From the NCBI GenBank assembly GCA_964035545.1, contig OZ037765.1, positions 15,624,995 to 15,688,994 on the forward strand: a stretch of DNA of 64,000 nt, in the 5' to 3' direction. This DNA comes from Bugula neritina (taxonomy: Eukaryota > Animalia > Bryozoa). The position numbers and the translations under genes are program-made. The notes beneath the pieces are model-generated. The model was not told where the DNA came from, ran no database searches, and saw only the letters and a program-made list of their open reading frames with translations. Shown piece by piece: positions 1 to 10,100 of this stretch (positions within the stretch are counted from its first letter, which is position 1; every line of letters starts with the position of its first letter).

Positions 1-174
1 ACCATTCTGGCTGGTGCTGGCCCCGGTCAGGCCCTGCGGGTGCCCCCAACGCCTGTGGGGCAGGGCTGGAGTAGCGCTGATCAGGACCAGGGACAGAAAA
101 GACGACCCCAATACCAGGGGGCGTTAAACTGTCACGGCCCGCGGACACTCTCCCTCCCCGCGGGCCGCAACTGA
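1..174 (+). CDS. gag: C-terminal end of gag of Gypsy copy A (partial)
   Basis: Frame 1 is open from base 1 to TGA 172-174, lies upstream of pol, and contains the slippery heptamer in the expected phase. Confidence 0.6.
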   Translation, partial: TILAGAGPGQALRVPPTPVGQGWSSADQDQGQKRRPQYQGALNCHGPRTLSLPAGRN

Positions 175-180
175 AGGAGT
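123..180 (+). promoter_or_regulatory. Putative -1 programmed ribosomal frameshift signal (G_TTA_AAC, 5-nt spacer, 10-bp GC stem-loop)
   Basis: GTTAAAC at 123-129 is in gag phase. CGGCCCGCGG (135-144) pairs perfectly with CCGCGGGCCG (158-167). The gag stop follows, while the -1 frame stays open to 476. Confidence 0.75.
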
Positions 181-475
181 ATGGTGGAACACGCCGTCGT
201 CTGTCCGTACGGACACAACGGAACACTCCACCCAAGTGGCAGGTACCACGCAGGACTAGTAGGCCCGCACAACGGCCAAGTACCTTCTCCCTGCCACTCG
301 CTAACCGGTTTCACCGGTTACCTCGGGAAGAGGAGCCCGCCACTGAAATGGAGCCGGAAGGCCCAGTGGAGAGGCCCGAACCCCGCCGGCACCAACCTCG
401 CCGCCGGAAGCCCCGTAAACCACGGGTGAAACCCCCGCCGTCCTGCCAAACCAGGACAGCACATGCGGGGGGGGG

Positions 476-3400
476 GTGAAAGTACAACCACATGGAGAGA
501 GCTATTTCCTACCCGGAAAGGTGGCCGGCAACGCCGTCACTTTCCTGCTCGACTCCGGTTGTACTACCAACCTTCTCAGTCGTAGAGTCTTTGAGGCACT
601 GCCCCGCCGGGACAGGGATAGAGTACGACCATATACGGGGGAACATGGCACCCTGGCAGACGGGTCATGTATTCCCTTTTATGGTATTATCGAGCTCCCT
701 GGGCGTGTCCGAGATCAGGCTGTACAGGAGACCTTTATCATAGGTCAACTGGAGGAAGATGCTATCCTCGGAATGCCCTTCTTGAAGCAACACCAGTGCC
801 GAATAGACTTTAGTAAGTCGGTGGTGCTGATGGGCGGGCGAGAACTCGCCTGTGTGGATAAGTTTGGGCGTCCTCTGGTGGGCGGTGTTCAGGTAGTTCG
901 AAACTGCACCGTACCCGGACGCTCCAGAGCTACTATCCACTGCCGAGTGAACAGCAACCGGATAGCCAGGCTCGGGGTCGTTGAAGGCGCGCACGAAAGG
1001 ATCCAACTCGCCAGTAGTTTAAACCGACTAACTGAGCGAGGGGAGGTCTTAGTGCAGTGTGTCAACCCCTTTACCGAGCCCATTGAGCTCCCAGCTGGGT
1101 CAATGCTGGGCCGGTTCCACTCCGTCCAGGAGGAGGACGTGGGCCCGTCGCTGGGTGACGCGACGGAGGCACCCCCTCGACACCCTATTCAGGGACGAGG
1201 GGCAGTCCCAACACATCTCCGGGAGTTATACGAAACAGCCAGTGGCGGCTGCGCGAGTAACCGAGAACGCCAAGCTATGGCTAAGTTACTACGCGACTAC
1301 GGTGATGTGTTCAGCAGCGGAGAGCATGACGTGAGACTGACTGGAATTGTCAGACACGAAATACCGCTGACTGCAGGGACAGTCCCTGTCCGGCAGCCCA
1401 CGCGCAGGCTGGGGCCGGAGAAAGAGAAGGAGGTTAGCCGACAAGTACGGGATCTTCTGGACCGGGGACTGATAGAGCCCGCCCATAGTGCGTGGAGCTC
1501 GCCAGTCGTACTGGTCCGGAAGAAAGACGGCAGTTGGCGGTTCTGTGTGGACTACCGCAAACTCAATAGCGTAACCATACAGGACGCCTACCCTCTACCT
1601 CGTATTGACGAGTCATTGGACGCCCTAGCCGGCAGCAAGTACTTCAGTACGTTAGACTTGCTAAGCGGCTATTGGCAGGTTCCTCTGAGTCCCGACGCCC
1701 AAGAGAAAGCGGCGTTTATCACACGGGACGGTTTGTGGAAGTGGAAGGTGCTGCCCTTCGGGTTAACCTCCGCCCCAGCCACCTTCCAGAGGCTGATGGA
1801 ACAAGTCCTTAGCGGACTCCATTGGAAGACACTGCTGGTCTACCTCGATGATGTCATCGTAATCTCTCCAGACTTCGAGACACATGTCAGTCGTCTGCAG
1901 GAGGTTTTCGAGAGACTCCGAGGTGCCGGTCTTAAGCTCAAACCTTCCAAGTGCGCTCTGTTGCAGCCGGAGGTCAAGTACCTGGGGCACGTTGTCGGTC
2001 GAAACGGCGTGGCAACGGATCCCGAAAAGGTACGGGCAGTAGAAGACTGGGTCACCCCCCAAGACTTGACCGGACTCCGGGCTTTCTTGGGGCTGGTAGG
2101 GTATTACAGGCAATACATACCAGACTTTGCGGGCATAGCCCAGCCGTTAAACCGGCTCACCGCAAAGGGAGTGACGTGGCAGTGGACTCCAGTCGAACAA
2201 GAAGCGTTCGACCGCCTCAAGTGCTGCCTCCTAACGGCGCCAATCTTGGCCTACCCAGACCCCACTCTGGAGTACATCCTAGACACGGACGCCAGTGACC
2301 AGAATGTTGGCGCTGTGCTGTCACAAGTGCAGGAAGGCCGAGAGGTAGTAGTAGCCTACTACAGCAAGTCCCTCTCTCCCGCTGAACGAAATTACTGCAC
2401 TACCCGCAAGGAGCTGCTGGCAGTAATCAAGTCAGTGAAGCACTTCAGACCATACCTATATGGCAGGAAGTTCCGGCTGCGTACGGATCATGCCTCGCTG
2501 ATCTGGTTGTGCAGGAGAGCAGAGCCCTCTAGTCAGGTCGCCCGGTGGCTCGAAATCCTAGCTGAATTCTCATACCGGATCGAACATCGACCGGGCAAGA
2601 GACACAGCAATGCGGATGGGTTGAGTCGCCGACCTGACGGAGGTTGCAAACAGTGTCTCAACATCGAGAGGAGGGATGGAGGTCCCCCACGATGCGAGTT
2701 GGAGACGCTGGCTCATCACGGAGCACCGTTTGACTGGGATCAAGGTCAACTCAGGCAAAGAGTTGATGAGTCCCCGGAGGATGTACAAAACCTTCGCGCC
2801 AACCCTGTACTGGCCGGTAATGTTCGAGAGCTGACGAAGCTCCAAGAAGAGCTGCCTGGAGTCGTGGCAGATATATACCGGGCCAAAAGGGAAGGGCGAC
2901 GACCCAGCGAGGAACGCATACGACAGGGATGCGCCGAGTTCCGGCTATACTGTCAGCGTTGGGACTCGCTGCGGATCGGGCAGGATGGGTTGCTAACCAT
3001 CTCTCCAGCTGCCAGCGACAGACACCCGGAAAGGAAGAGGGTAGTCTGCCCCACGGCCATCCGCCGTGAGTTGATTTGGGATACTCACAAACAGGCCCAC
3101 GCAGGGGTCAAGAGAGTGATATCCAAATTACGACTCCGGTGGTATTGGCCGCCGATGGAGCGTGACGTCCGGCTCAGAGTCAAACAGTGTGAGATCTGCC
3201 AGGCCAGTAAGCATAGCCGCCCCCCTGGTGAAGCAGGACGGCGGAGGCTATATGCTGGTAGGCCCTGGCAAGTAGTCGCTGTAGACCTGGTCGGACCCAT
3301 GCCCCTGACCCCCAGAGGCAATAATTGGATCCTAGTACTAACCGACCACTTTACTAGGTGGGCGGATGCTCTGGCTATCCCAGATGCATCAGCCCCAACA

Positions 3401-4750
3401 GTGGCCAGGGCGCTAGACCAACATGTATTCTGTTATTTTGGGCTTCCCGAACAGATACACTCTGATCAAGGCGCTCAATTCCAGTCTCAACTGATGAGCG
3501 ACCTTTGCCACCTCTGGGGAGTAAATCAGAGCAGGACCACCCCCTACCACCCTCAAGGTAACGGGGTGGTGGAGCGCAACAACCGGATGCTAGGTGATGC
3601 ACTCCGGAGTCTCCTCCTTGGACGAGGTCAAGAGGAATGGGATACGGTGTTGCCGCAAGTCATGCGTGCATACCGTAGCACCCCACACACCAGTACTGGT
3701 GAGACCCCAAACCTCTTGATGCTCGGGAGAGAGACTCGTGTCCCTGACCATCCCACCTATCACGTTCCAGAGCAAGACAACTCGGTTCACGAGTATGCCA
3801 GTGAACTAGTGGAACGGATGAAGGCCGCACACGATATACTGCGTCAACAGCAGTGGAAGGTGCAGCACGAAGATTCCGATGAACCACCTCTCTATCAAAC
3901 GGGAGATAAGGTGTGGATGGTCAATTACCGTAGGCGTCGCGGACAGGCTGATAAACTGAAGCCTAAGTTCGTAGGCCCCTACGTGGTCGTCGAGGCTATG
4001 CCCAATCATACGTACAAGATTGAGCGCTCAGGACAGGTGTCTGTCCAGAATGAGTCTCGCTTGAAACCGTATTGGGCTAGCCCTGACGGAGTGGGAGAAG
4101 CCCCCCCGTTGTTAGAGCCCAGGAGGCAGACAACGACGCGCGGGCGACGGCGGCATGGACCTGAATACGAAGTGGTCATACCGCGGGAGGAAAACTTGGT
4201 GAGAGAGGAGCGGCAGCTTTTGTCAACAGAAGCGTGTCCGCCACCGCCAAGTCTAATTCCATCACTTCCAAAAACCGAGCCGGTTCCGGAAGTGCAAACC
4301 CCCACGGAGGGAGGGGCTCCATCCGGAGAACAAGAAGAGGTGACCGCTAACGGTGAAGTAGAGACGCCATTAGAGGCCCCTACTAACGAACCGGCAAGCG
4401 TGTCACCCCCCCTAGAAAGGGGACAGCGTACGAGGAAACCCCCACCGTATTTGAAAGACTTCGTATGTGACTGCATTAGAAGCGGCGCACATGAAAGTCT
4501 AGGGGAAAACCGTACGATAAAATGTTGGAGTTGTGAACCCCACGCAAATATCAACTTTTGCGAGGGCGGAATAGTGGGAGGAATTAATGCGCGTAAAGCA
4601 AATAGTTCCGACCTCGTGCCTCAGAAACGATGCTCAGCCTTTTCTTATGCTGACATCGCCAAAGGCAGACGTATCTCACAACCAGCTCCAACCTTACCAA
4701 GAACGTTGAGTATGGACATTAATACCGAGTTCCCAGGTAAGCCAGTATAA
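476..4750 (+). CDS. pol: Gypsy Pol polyprotein (protease, RT, RNase H, integrase)
   Basis: Motifs FLLDSG (protease), WRFCVDYRKLN/LPFGL/YLDD (RT), DTDAS/TDH/NADGLSR (RNase H), H..AH..C..C plus VDLVGP/HSDQG/VERNNR (integrase) and GPY. Confidence 0.97.
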   Translation: MKVQPHGESYFLPGKVAGNAVTFLLDSGCTTNLLSRRVFEALPRRDRDRVRPYTGEHGTLADGSCIPFYGIIELPGRVRDQAVQETFIIGQLEEDAILGMPFLKQHQCRIDFSKSVVLMGGRELACVDKFGRPLVGGVQVVRNCTVPGRSRATIHCRVNSNRIARLGVVEGAHERIQLASSLNRLTERGEVLVQCVNPFTEPIELPAGSMLGRFHSVQEEDVGPSLGDATEAPPRHPIQGRGAVPTHLRELYETASGGCASNRERQAMAKLLRDYGDVFSSGEHDVRLTGIVRHEIPLTAGTVPVRQPTRRLGPEKEKEVSRQVRDLLDRGLIEPAHSAWSSPVVLVRKKDGSWRFCVDYRKLNSVTIQDAYPLPRIDESLDALAGSKYFSTLDLLSGYWQVPLSPDAQEKAAFITRDGLWKWKVLPFGLTSAPATFQRLMEQVLSGLHWKTLLVYLDDVIVISPDFETHVSRLQEVFERLRGAGLKLKPSKCALLQPEVKYLGHVVGRNGVATDPEKVRAVEDWVTPQDLTGLRAFLGLVGYYRQYIPDFAGIAQPLNRLTAKGVTWQWTPVEQEAFDRLKCCLLTAPILAYPDPTLEYILDTDASDQNVGAVLSQVQEGREVVVAYYSKSLSPAERNYCTTRKELLAVIKSVKHFRPYLYGRKFRLRTDHASLIWLCRRAEPSSQVARWLEILAEFSYRIEHRPGKRHSNADGLSRRPDGGCKQCLNIERRDGGPPRCELETLAHHGAPFDWDQGQLRQRVDESPEDVQNLRANPVLAGNVRELTKLQEELPGVVADIYRAKREGRRPSEERIRQGCAEFRLYCQRWDSLRIGQDGLLTISPAASDRHPERKRVVCPTAIRRELIWDTHKQAHAGVKRVISKLRLRWYWPPMERDVRLRVKQCEICQASKHSRPPGEAGRRRLYAGRPWQVVAVDLVGPMPLTPRGNNWILVLTDHFTRWADALAIPDASAPTVARALDQHVFCYFGLPEQIHSDQGAQFQSQLMSDLCHLWGVNQSRTTPYHPQGNGVVERNNRMLGDALRSLLLGRGQEEWDTVLPQVMRAYRSTPHTSTGETPNLLMLGRETRVPDHPTYHVPEQDNSVHEYASELVERMKAAHDILRQQQWKVQHEDSDEPPLYQTGDKVWMVNYRRRRGQADKLKPKFVGPYVVVEAMPNHTYKIERSGQVSVQNESRLKPYWASPDGVGEAPPLLEPRRQTTTRGRRRHGPEYEVVIPREENLVREERQLLSTEACPPPPSLIPSLPKTEPVPEVQTPTEGGAPSGEQEEVTANGEVETPLEAPTNEPASVSPPLERGQRTRKPPPYLKDFVCDCIRSGAHESLGENRTIKCWSCEPHANINFCEGGIVGGINARKANSSDLVPQKRCSAFSYADIAKGRRISQPAPTLPRTLSMDINTEFPGKPV

Positions 4751-4767
4751 GTCTTGTATTCCTATTC

Positions 4768-5841
4768 ATGGAAACGGGCTCGATGCCAGTAAATTCTGAA
4801 CTAATTCAGCAGATTGAATCAGAATTACTGGGAACCACGTTTCATGTGAATGACGATGAAGACACTGTAATGGCCGATGGTCTGTTAGACCTGGAGCTAG
4901 ACACTGTTCTTGGTCAGTCCACACATGATTCATCAGTTCCTCGAGTGCATTCCAAAAGCTGTGACTCTCAGGCTAGCAACGGTCGACAGTCACTAGAATT
5001 ATGTTGTAAAGATCCACCGCAATCTAACACTAATTCTACTTTTGTAGACACACTCGCGCCCGTCTCTCCGGGCATGCCTTCTCTAGAGATGGCGTGGGAC
5101 CCAGAGCCGGCCCCAACAACTTCTACAACCAGGCAACTGCCACCCCAGTTGGAAGCAACCTCCAACTGGATTACCCCTGCCACAGAGAGAGAGATCAGGA
5201 CCCATCAAGGAGGTGAGAGTAATCGTGAATGCAACCTCTGCCAGCAGCGATTCACGACCCACCGCAGACTAAAAGTACACTTGCCGCAACACTACATCAC
5301 CACTTTCTGCCCTTGCGGAGAATATAGCTACAATCGTGATTACCTATTGCGGCTCCAACGTACTATGCAGTGTTATCAAGGGCATGTCTATGAAGTAGAC
5401 GAATCATCCTATCCTGCCTTCCTCAACGCCATCAAACCACTCATCACTGACTCAGCTCGGCTATCTCGCCTGGAGCAAGGCTTCCCTTCCCCGCGACCCA
5501 TCATCTCTGGAGCCGCAGATAAACCTACACAGTCTACTAACTCTCCACCTCACAGTCCTCTACGCATGCCGCATACCTTTCCTCGTGTCGTACTACAGAG
5601 GGTAGACACAAATGCATATACACTCCCTCCTCCCCTTCCATCCTCAGAGCGGAAAAGACATAGACAGCCGGTTTCCTCTCGCTCGTCCCCCTGGGCCCGC
5701 AACCTACGTGAAGTAGAAGCTAGGGCACACGACTTGGAGCAAGAAGTGTACAGACTGGCCCCACGGGTGCAGGCTGCATCCAGTGAACTCAAATATTTAC
5801 AGGAGTCTATTAAACGCATGAAGCGTGCGGCCCGCAGTTAA
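4768..5841 (+). CDS. Gypsy accessory ORF3: acidic N-terminus, C2H2 plus C2HC-like zinc fingers, basic patch, C-terminal coiled coil (357 aa)
   Basis: ATG ORF between the pol stop and the PPT. Contains CNLC-x12-H-x3-H and FCPCG...C. Homologous translated blocks occur in copies C and D. Confidence 0.85.
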   Translation: METGSMPVNSELIQQIESELLGTTFHVNDDEDTVMADGLLDLELDTVLGQSTHDSSVPRVHSKSCDSQASNGRQSLELCCKDPPQSNTNSTFVDTLAPVSPGMPSLEMAWDPEPAPTTSTTRQLPPQLEATSNWITPATEREIRTHQGGESNRECNLCQQRFTTHRRLKVHLPQHYITTFCPCGEYSYNRDYLLRLQRTMQCYQGHVYEVDESSYPAFLNAIKPLITDSARLSRLEQGFPSPRPIISGAADKPTQSTNSPPHSPLRMPHTFPRVVLQRVDTNAYTLPPPLPSSERKRHRQPVSSRSSPWARNLREVEARAHDLEQEVYRLAPRVQAASSELKYLQESIKRMKRAARS

Positions 5842-6092
5842 CTTGAGTCTACCTACAATTCCATACTACTCATTCCCTACCGTAATGGTGGCACGTACTC
5901 TACATGTAGATAGGACCTTCTCTTGCTTATTACTTAGTGTGCACGTTATATATACCTGTATATTTTTTATCAGTTGTTGTTTTTTTTGTATATACTTTTA
6001 TACTGTTCTCTTACCCCCCCCACCACGAAGTATACGTTTTTTTATGTGAATTTTATTTTATCAGAAAGTGGGCTTTCTGCTGGAGGGGGCAG

Positions 6093-6398
6093 TGTGGTGG
6101 CTCGTGGAGCTACCAGCAACACAATACGCAAGGTTGCGTATTGACCCGGAACAATGTATTAGCCAATTAGCTAGGCTGTTTTATAAGTAATAGTAGCCGC
6201 TTCGCGCTACTAGCTCAGTTGAGGATAGTGCTGTAAATTAAATAGACGTGCGTATCATTACTGTTGTACATTAGATTTTATTATGTATTCTTGTATTAAA
6301 ATATAACGATATCTACTCGACTTAACCCGGTGAGGTTTCTCTAGTGATAAACAGACTCTCTTGGTGACACATCAACCCTAAATCTGAAAACTATAACA
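6093..6398 (+). repeat. 3' LTR of Gypsy copy A (306 bp)
   Basis: TGTGGTGGCT...CTATAACA directly after the PPT. Both ends match the reverse-strand LTRs at 27985-28319 and 31793-32131. Confidence 0.9.
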
Positions 6399-7009
6399 CT
6401 ATTCATATTCACATTGTAATCACAGCGAAGCCTAAACTTCATAGCTTTGTATTTACGTGCATGAGTAAGTCTTAAGTTTTTTAGTTTTATTTGCAAAAGA
6501 AATGTGTTTAAAAATTTTACCATTAAACAAAACTAAAAAAATGTACACATAAAGAAAAATAAAAAAATAAAATAACAAAAGTGGCAAAATTTTCCCTTTA
6601 TAACTTAGATAAACTCGCGGTACCGATCGCGGCATAATGATGTCCATATGATTCCCTAAGATTTCCTATATATACCACTCTGACGCTGTGCGTCTACGCC
6701 ATTTTCCGGGGTCAATAATACCCTGTGGTTGCCATTGTGATTGTTGTTGTGAACGTTCACATTGTGATTGTAATTCAAATTATAGCTAATTGACTTGGAG
6801 CTTGACAGTGGCCATGGGTGTGATACTGACTGCCATATCACTACATACATAGTTATACTATTAGTATTACTATTACTATAGTGATTGTCTATAACTATAA
6901 CTGTATAAGTATTAGTATAACTATAAGTATAAGTGTAAGTATACTCATACTGTATAGTGTATAGGTATATTATAATTATTATTATATTTATCATTTATAC
7001 AATTGATGA

Positions 7010-7121
7010 ACTATAGTGATTTTGTGTGATCATTATCATTATGATTATGATTATCAGTATCATACTTATAGTGATAATCATAATTATAATATTGATAATG
7101 ATCACACAAAATCACTATAGT
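7010..7121. repeat. AT-rich hairpin inside low-complexity sequence
   Basis: ACTATAGTGATTTTGTGTGATCATTATCA (7010-7038) recurs as its exact reverse complement ending at 7121. Confidence 0.8.
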
Positions 7122-10100
7122 ATGACTATGAGTATGACTTTGAGCATATAATCAGTAAATGTAATGATCATGTATCAGTATGGCCATGGGTAATAGGCAT
7201 AGTAAATGTAATACTATAATTTTGCTATAAGACAATAAGTATAACTATAAGTTAAAGTATAACTACTACTAGCCCTAGGCCTTTCAGTATCAATATGAAT
7301 AACTGAGTAACAAGACAAACTAAAGCTGAAACTCAATACTTTCAATTGGATCTTCAGCTTAATTTAGTGGTTTAATGATTGTAGTTTTCCTACAATAATA
7401 ATCATTAAAACGTAATAACATTATTTACTGTAATTATTATTTTATTGGTAAATCCTTTGAACTTGAAACTGAAACGTCATAGTCAAACGACTACTTTCTA
7501 GAAGTGATTGATTATAAACCCAGTTATAGTAATGTTTATACAAATAGAGGCCTTCTATTTGTAGCAATAACAATTACAATGTTTTAGTCCATAAATTACC
7601 AAATTTAAATCAAAGGATTTCAATTACTTAAGTCAATATGAATATAGCTTAAACTTAGTACTTGAAAGTCAAACTGCTAAAATGCTGTAAGTGTTTTTTT
7701 CAACTTATTAGCTTGGCATGCTTAATCTATTTACTTAATACTCATTGTAACGTCTACCCCAGTTTATTGATAACAGGTTGCACTGCTGGAATTTTGCTGA
7801 TATTTATTGAACTAACTGGTAACCAACGTGAAACTACAATAACACAATAATACGATTTAATAATATAGACATTATTGAAAGAAAAATGAAACATACAAAA
7901 ATTACAAAATTGTTGCAAAACAATGTTTAACATACCTCTATTACCCTTCCTGGGGAGAGTTAGAATTAAGTATATAAAATTGTGATGGTGAAAGTTTAAT
8001 CAAATAAAGAATGACTAGTTAGAACTGCAACAGTCAGTAGAGAAATGAAGGCATAAAACACCTTAGCTATTATAACTTTGCTAAAAGCTATAAAAAGCTG
8101 ACAGCTATTCTGTTAGCAAAATCATTGCATTGTAATAATGAAAACAAAGCTATTTGTGGTTTAAGAAAAAGCTGTGGCTATGTTAGTAGCTAAGTGAATA
8201 TGAGGGTGAATGGTATGCAGTAGTGAGTACTATAATAAAAAAATGATCAAAACGCTACACTTATCAACTATAAAAATTTGCTTGATGCAACCCGAATCAT
8301 TGAAGGATTTTCATCTAATCAATGACTTTATTTACGGAGAAATTGCTTTGACACTAGCTTAACTATGTTATTTTTGTTATAAATATGGTATTTTTAATTG
8401 ATTGCCTTAGGCTTAGTGGGCTTTGCGGTTTTTGGACACATGTAAGCTTTACTAATGTGATAGCCGAATTATTTTTGTTTGCAAGCTATATCCTGTGTTG
8501 TGTTTACATCGAGGCTATATTATATTTCTAGTTTTAGAGATCATATATATGTTGGGCATGCGTAGTGATATGCTAGTTATACTCGTGTGTGAGGATTTTA
8601 GTTCAGTGAAAATATATTTGATTGCTTATTTAACTCTGAGTAATTCTGCAATTAATACAATGCCACACCAATGACAATATAACATTGGCGACAAGTAAGT
8701 GTTAGCCTACGTTCTGATAGTATCTATTTTGGCTGCAAGCATAGCTATTCTTAGTTTTGGAGAGGGTACAGAAGTTGAGTCTTATTTGGAGAGATTAGAC
8801 TGGTATTTTCGGTTACCAAGACTACAGATGGGGACAGGGTGCCTATTCTACTTATGGGATTGTCAGCAACACCGTATCAGACACTTAGAGATTTGGTGTC
8901 TTCTGAAATACCTAAGGATGTTGCTTTTGCTAATTTATGCAAACTGTTAATCTCACACTATGGCAAAACCAATCAGTCCAGATCTATTTCTAGGAAGGAA
9001 GGTGAAAGCATAGTAGACTTTCAAATCCGGATTCGAAAAGCGGCCAGAGACTGTAAGTTTTGTAATCTGTTAGAGGATGATTTGTTGGAACAATTTATTG
9101 CTGGAGTGAACCATTCAACTCTTACTAGGAAGTTAGTTGAGAATGCTGACATTACCACACTAGCTGAAGCTATAGAAGTAGCAGCTACAGTTCAACTACT
9201 AGAAGGGGAGATGATTACTGCCACACCGACTGCTGCTAATAATGTTGCTAGAGTAACAAATTCTAAGAACAGAAAGACAAACACAACAAACAATAATAAG
9301 AAGACTCGTACTACTTCTATTAGGGACATAATCTGCTTCAGATGTTGTAGGGCTAGACATAAATTTAGTGATGAGAGTTGCCCTCCCTTAAGCAAGACCT
9401 GCAGAGACTGCAAGAAGACTGGACATGGATCCAAGTACTGCTGTAGTAAGACTACTTCTAAATCTACAGCTAACACTGTACAGCACACTCCTGTGGAGCC
9501 AGTTGTAACTCCAACGGCTGTTGACAGTTTCAGTAATCAGTTTGCAGTTAGAAATGAGAACAACTACAAGACTCCAAAATGTCAGGCTGCACTTGGTGGT
9601 AAGAGAGTGACGTTTCTAATAGACTCAAATGCTGTAGAAAATGTTATTGACAAACATACATATGAGCTGTTGAGTAATGACATAGTATTGCAACCTACTA
9701 CTAAGAGTTTGTATGCTTTTGGTCAATCAACTCCTTTACCATTGTTGGGTCAGTTTTTGTGCAGATAGTACTGTTAACTCACATACTTCTAAAGCGATAT
9801 TTTATGTTTTTGATGGTAGCGCATGTAATCTTATGATTGCAGAGACTGCTAGCAAACTTCATGTCATATGAAGCCTAACATGTGCAGTGTTATAGATATC
9901 AGTGATGCTGAGTTAGATAGTTGCGTAAAGGCACAGTACCCATAATGTTTCCGCGGTGTTGGCAAGCTGAAAGATGTACAGGTAAAGTTGCATATAGATC
10001 CTGAGTTCGAACCAGTTGCCCAACCAGTTAGACGGTTGCCATTTAACTATTGCAGTAGGGTTGAGAAAGCTTTGAACCAGTTAGTTGAGGAGGATATTTT

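Larger units (their letters stand above)
1..6398 (+). mobile_element. Ty3/Gypsy LTR retrotransposon copy A (5' part outside window): gag end, pol, extra ORF3, PPT, 3' LTR
   Basis: Uninterrupted PR-RT-RH-IN ORF. Purine tract GGAGGGGGCAG (6082-6092) is followed by a TG...CA LTR whose ends are homologous to the paired LTRs of copy C. Confidence 0.95.

Noticed and set aside
4768-5841. ORF3 as an env gene
   Set aside because: It has no signal peptide, fusion peptide or transmembrane anchor, and has zinc fingers and basic patches instead.
6656-6994. 112-aa minus-strand ORF and the many short ORFs antisense to pol or inside MITEs
   Set aside because: They are low-complexity or shadow ORFs without domain motifs. 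Their duplicates are explained by inverted repeats.
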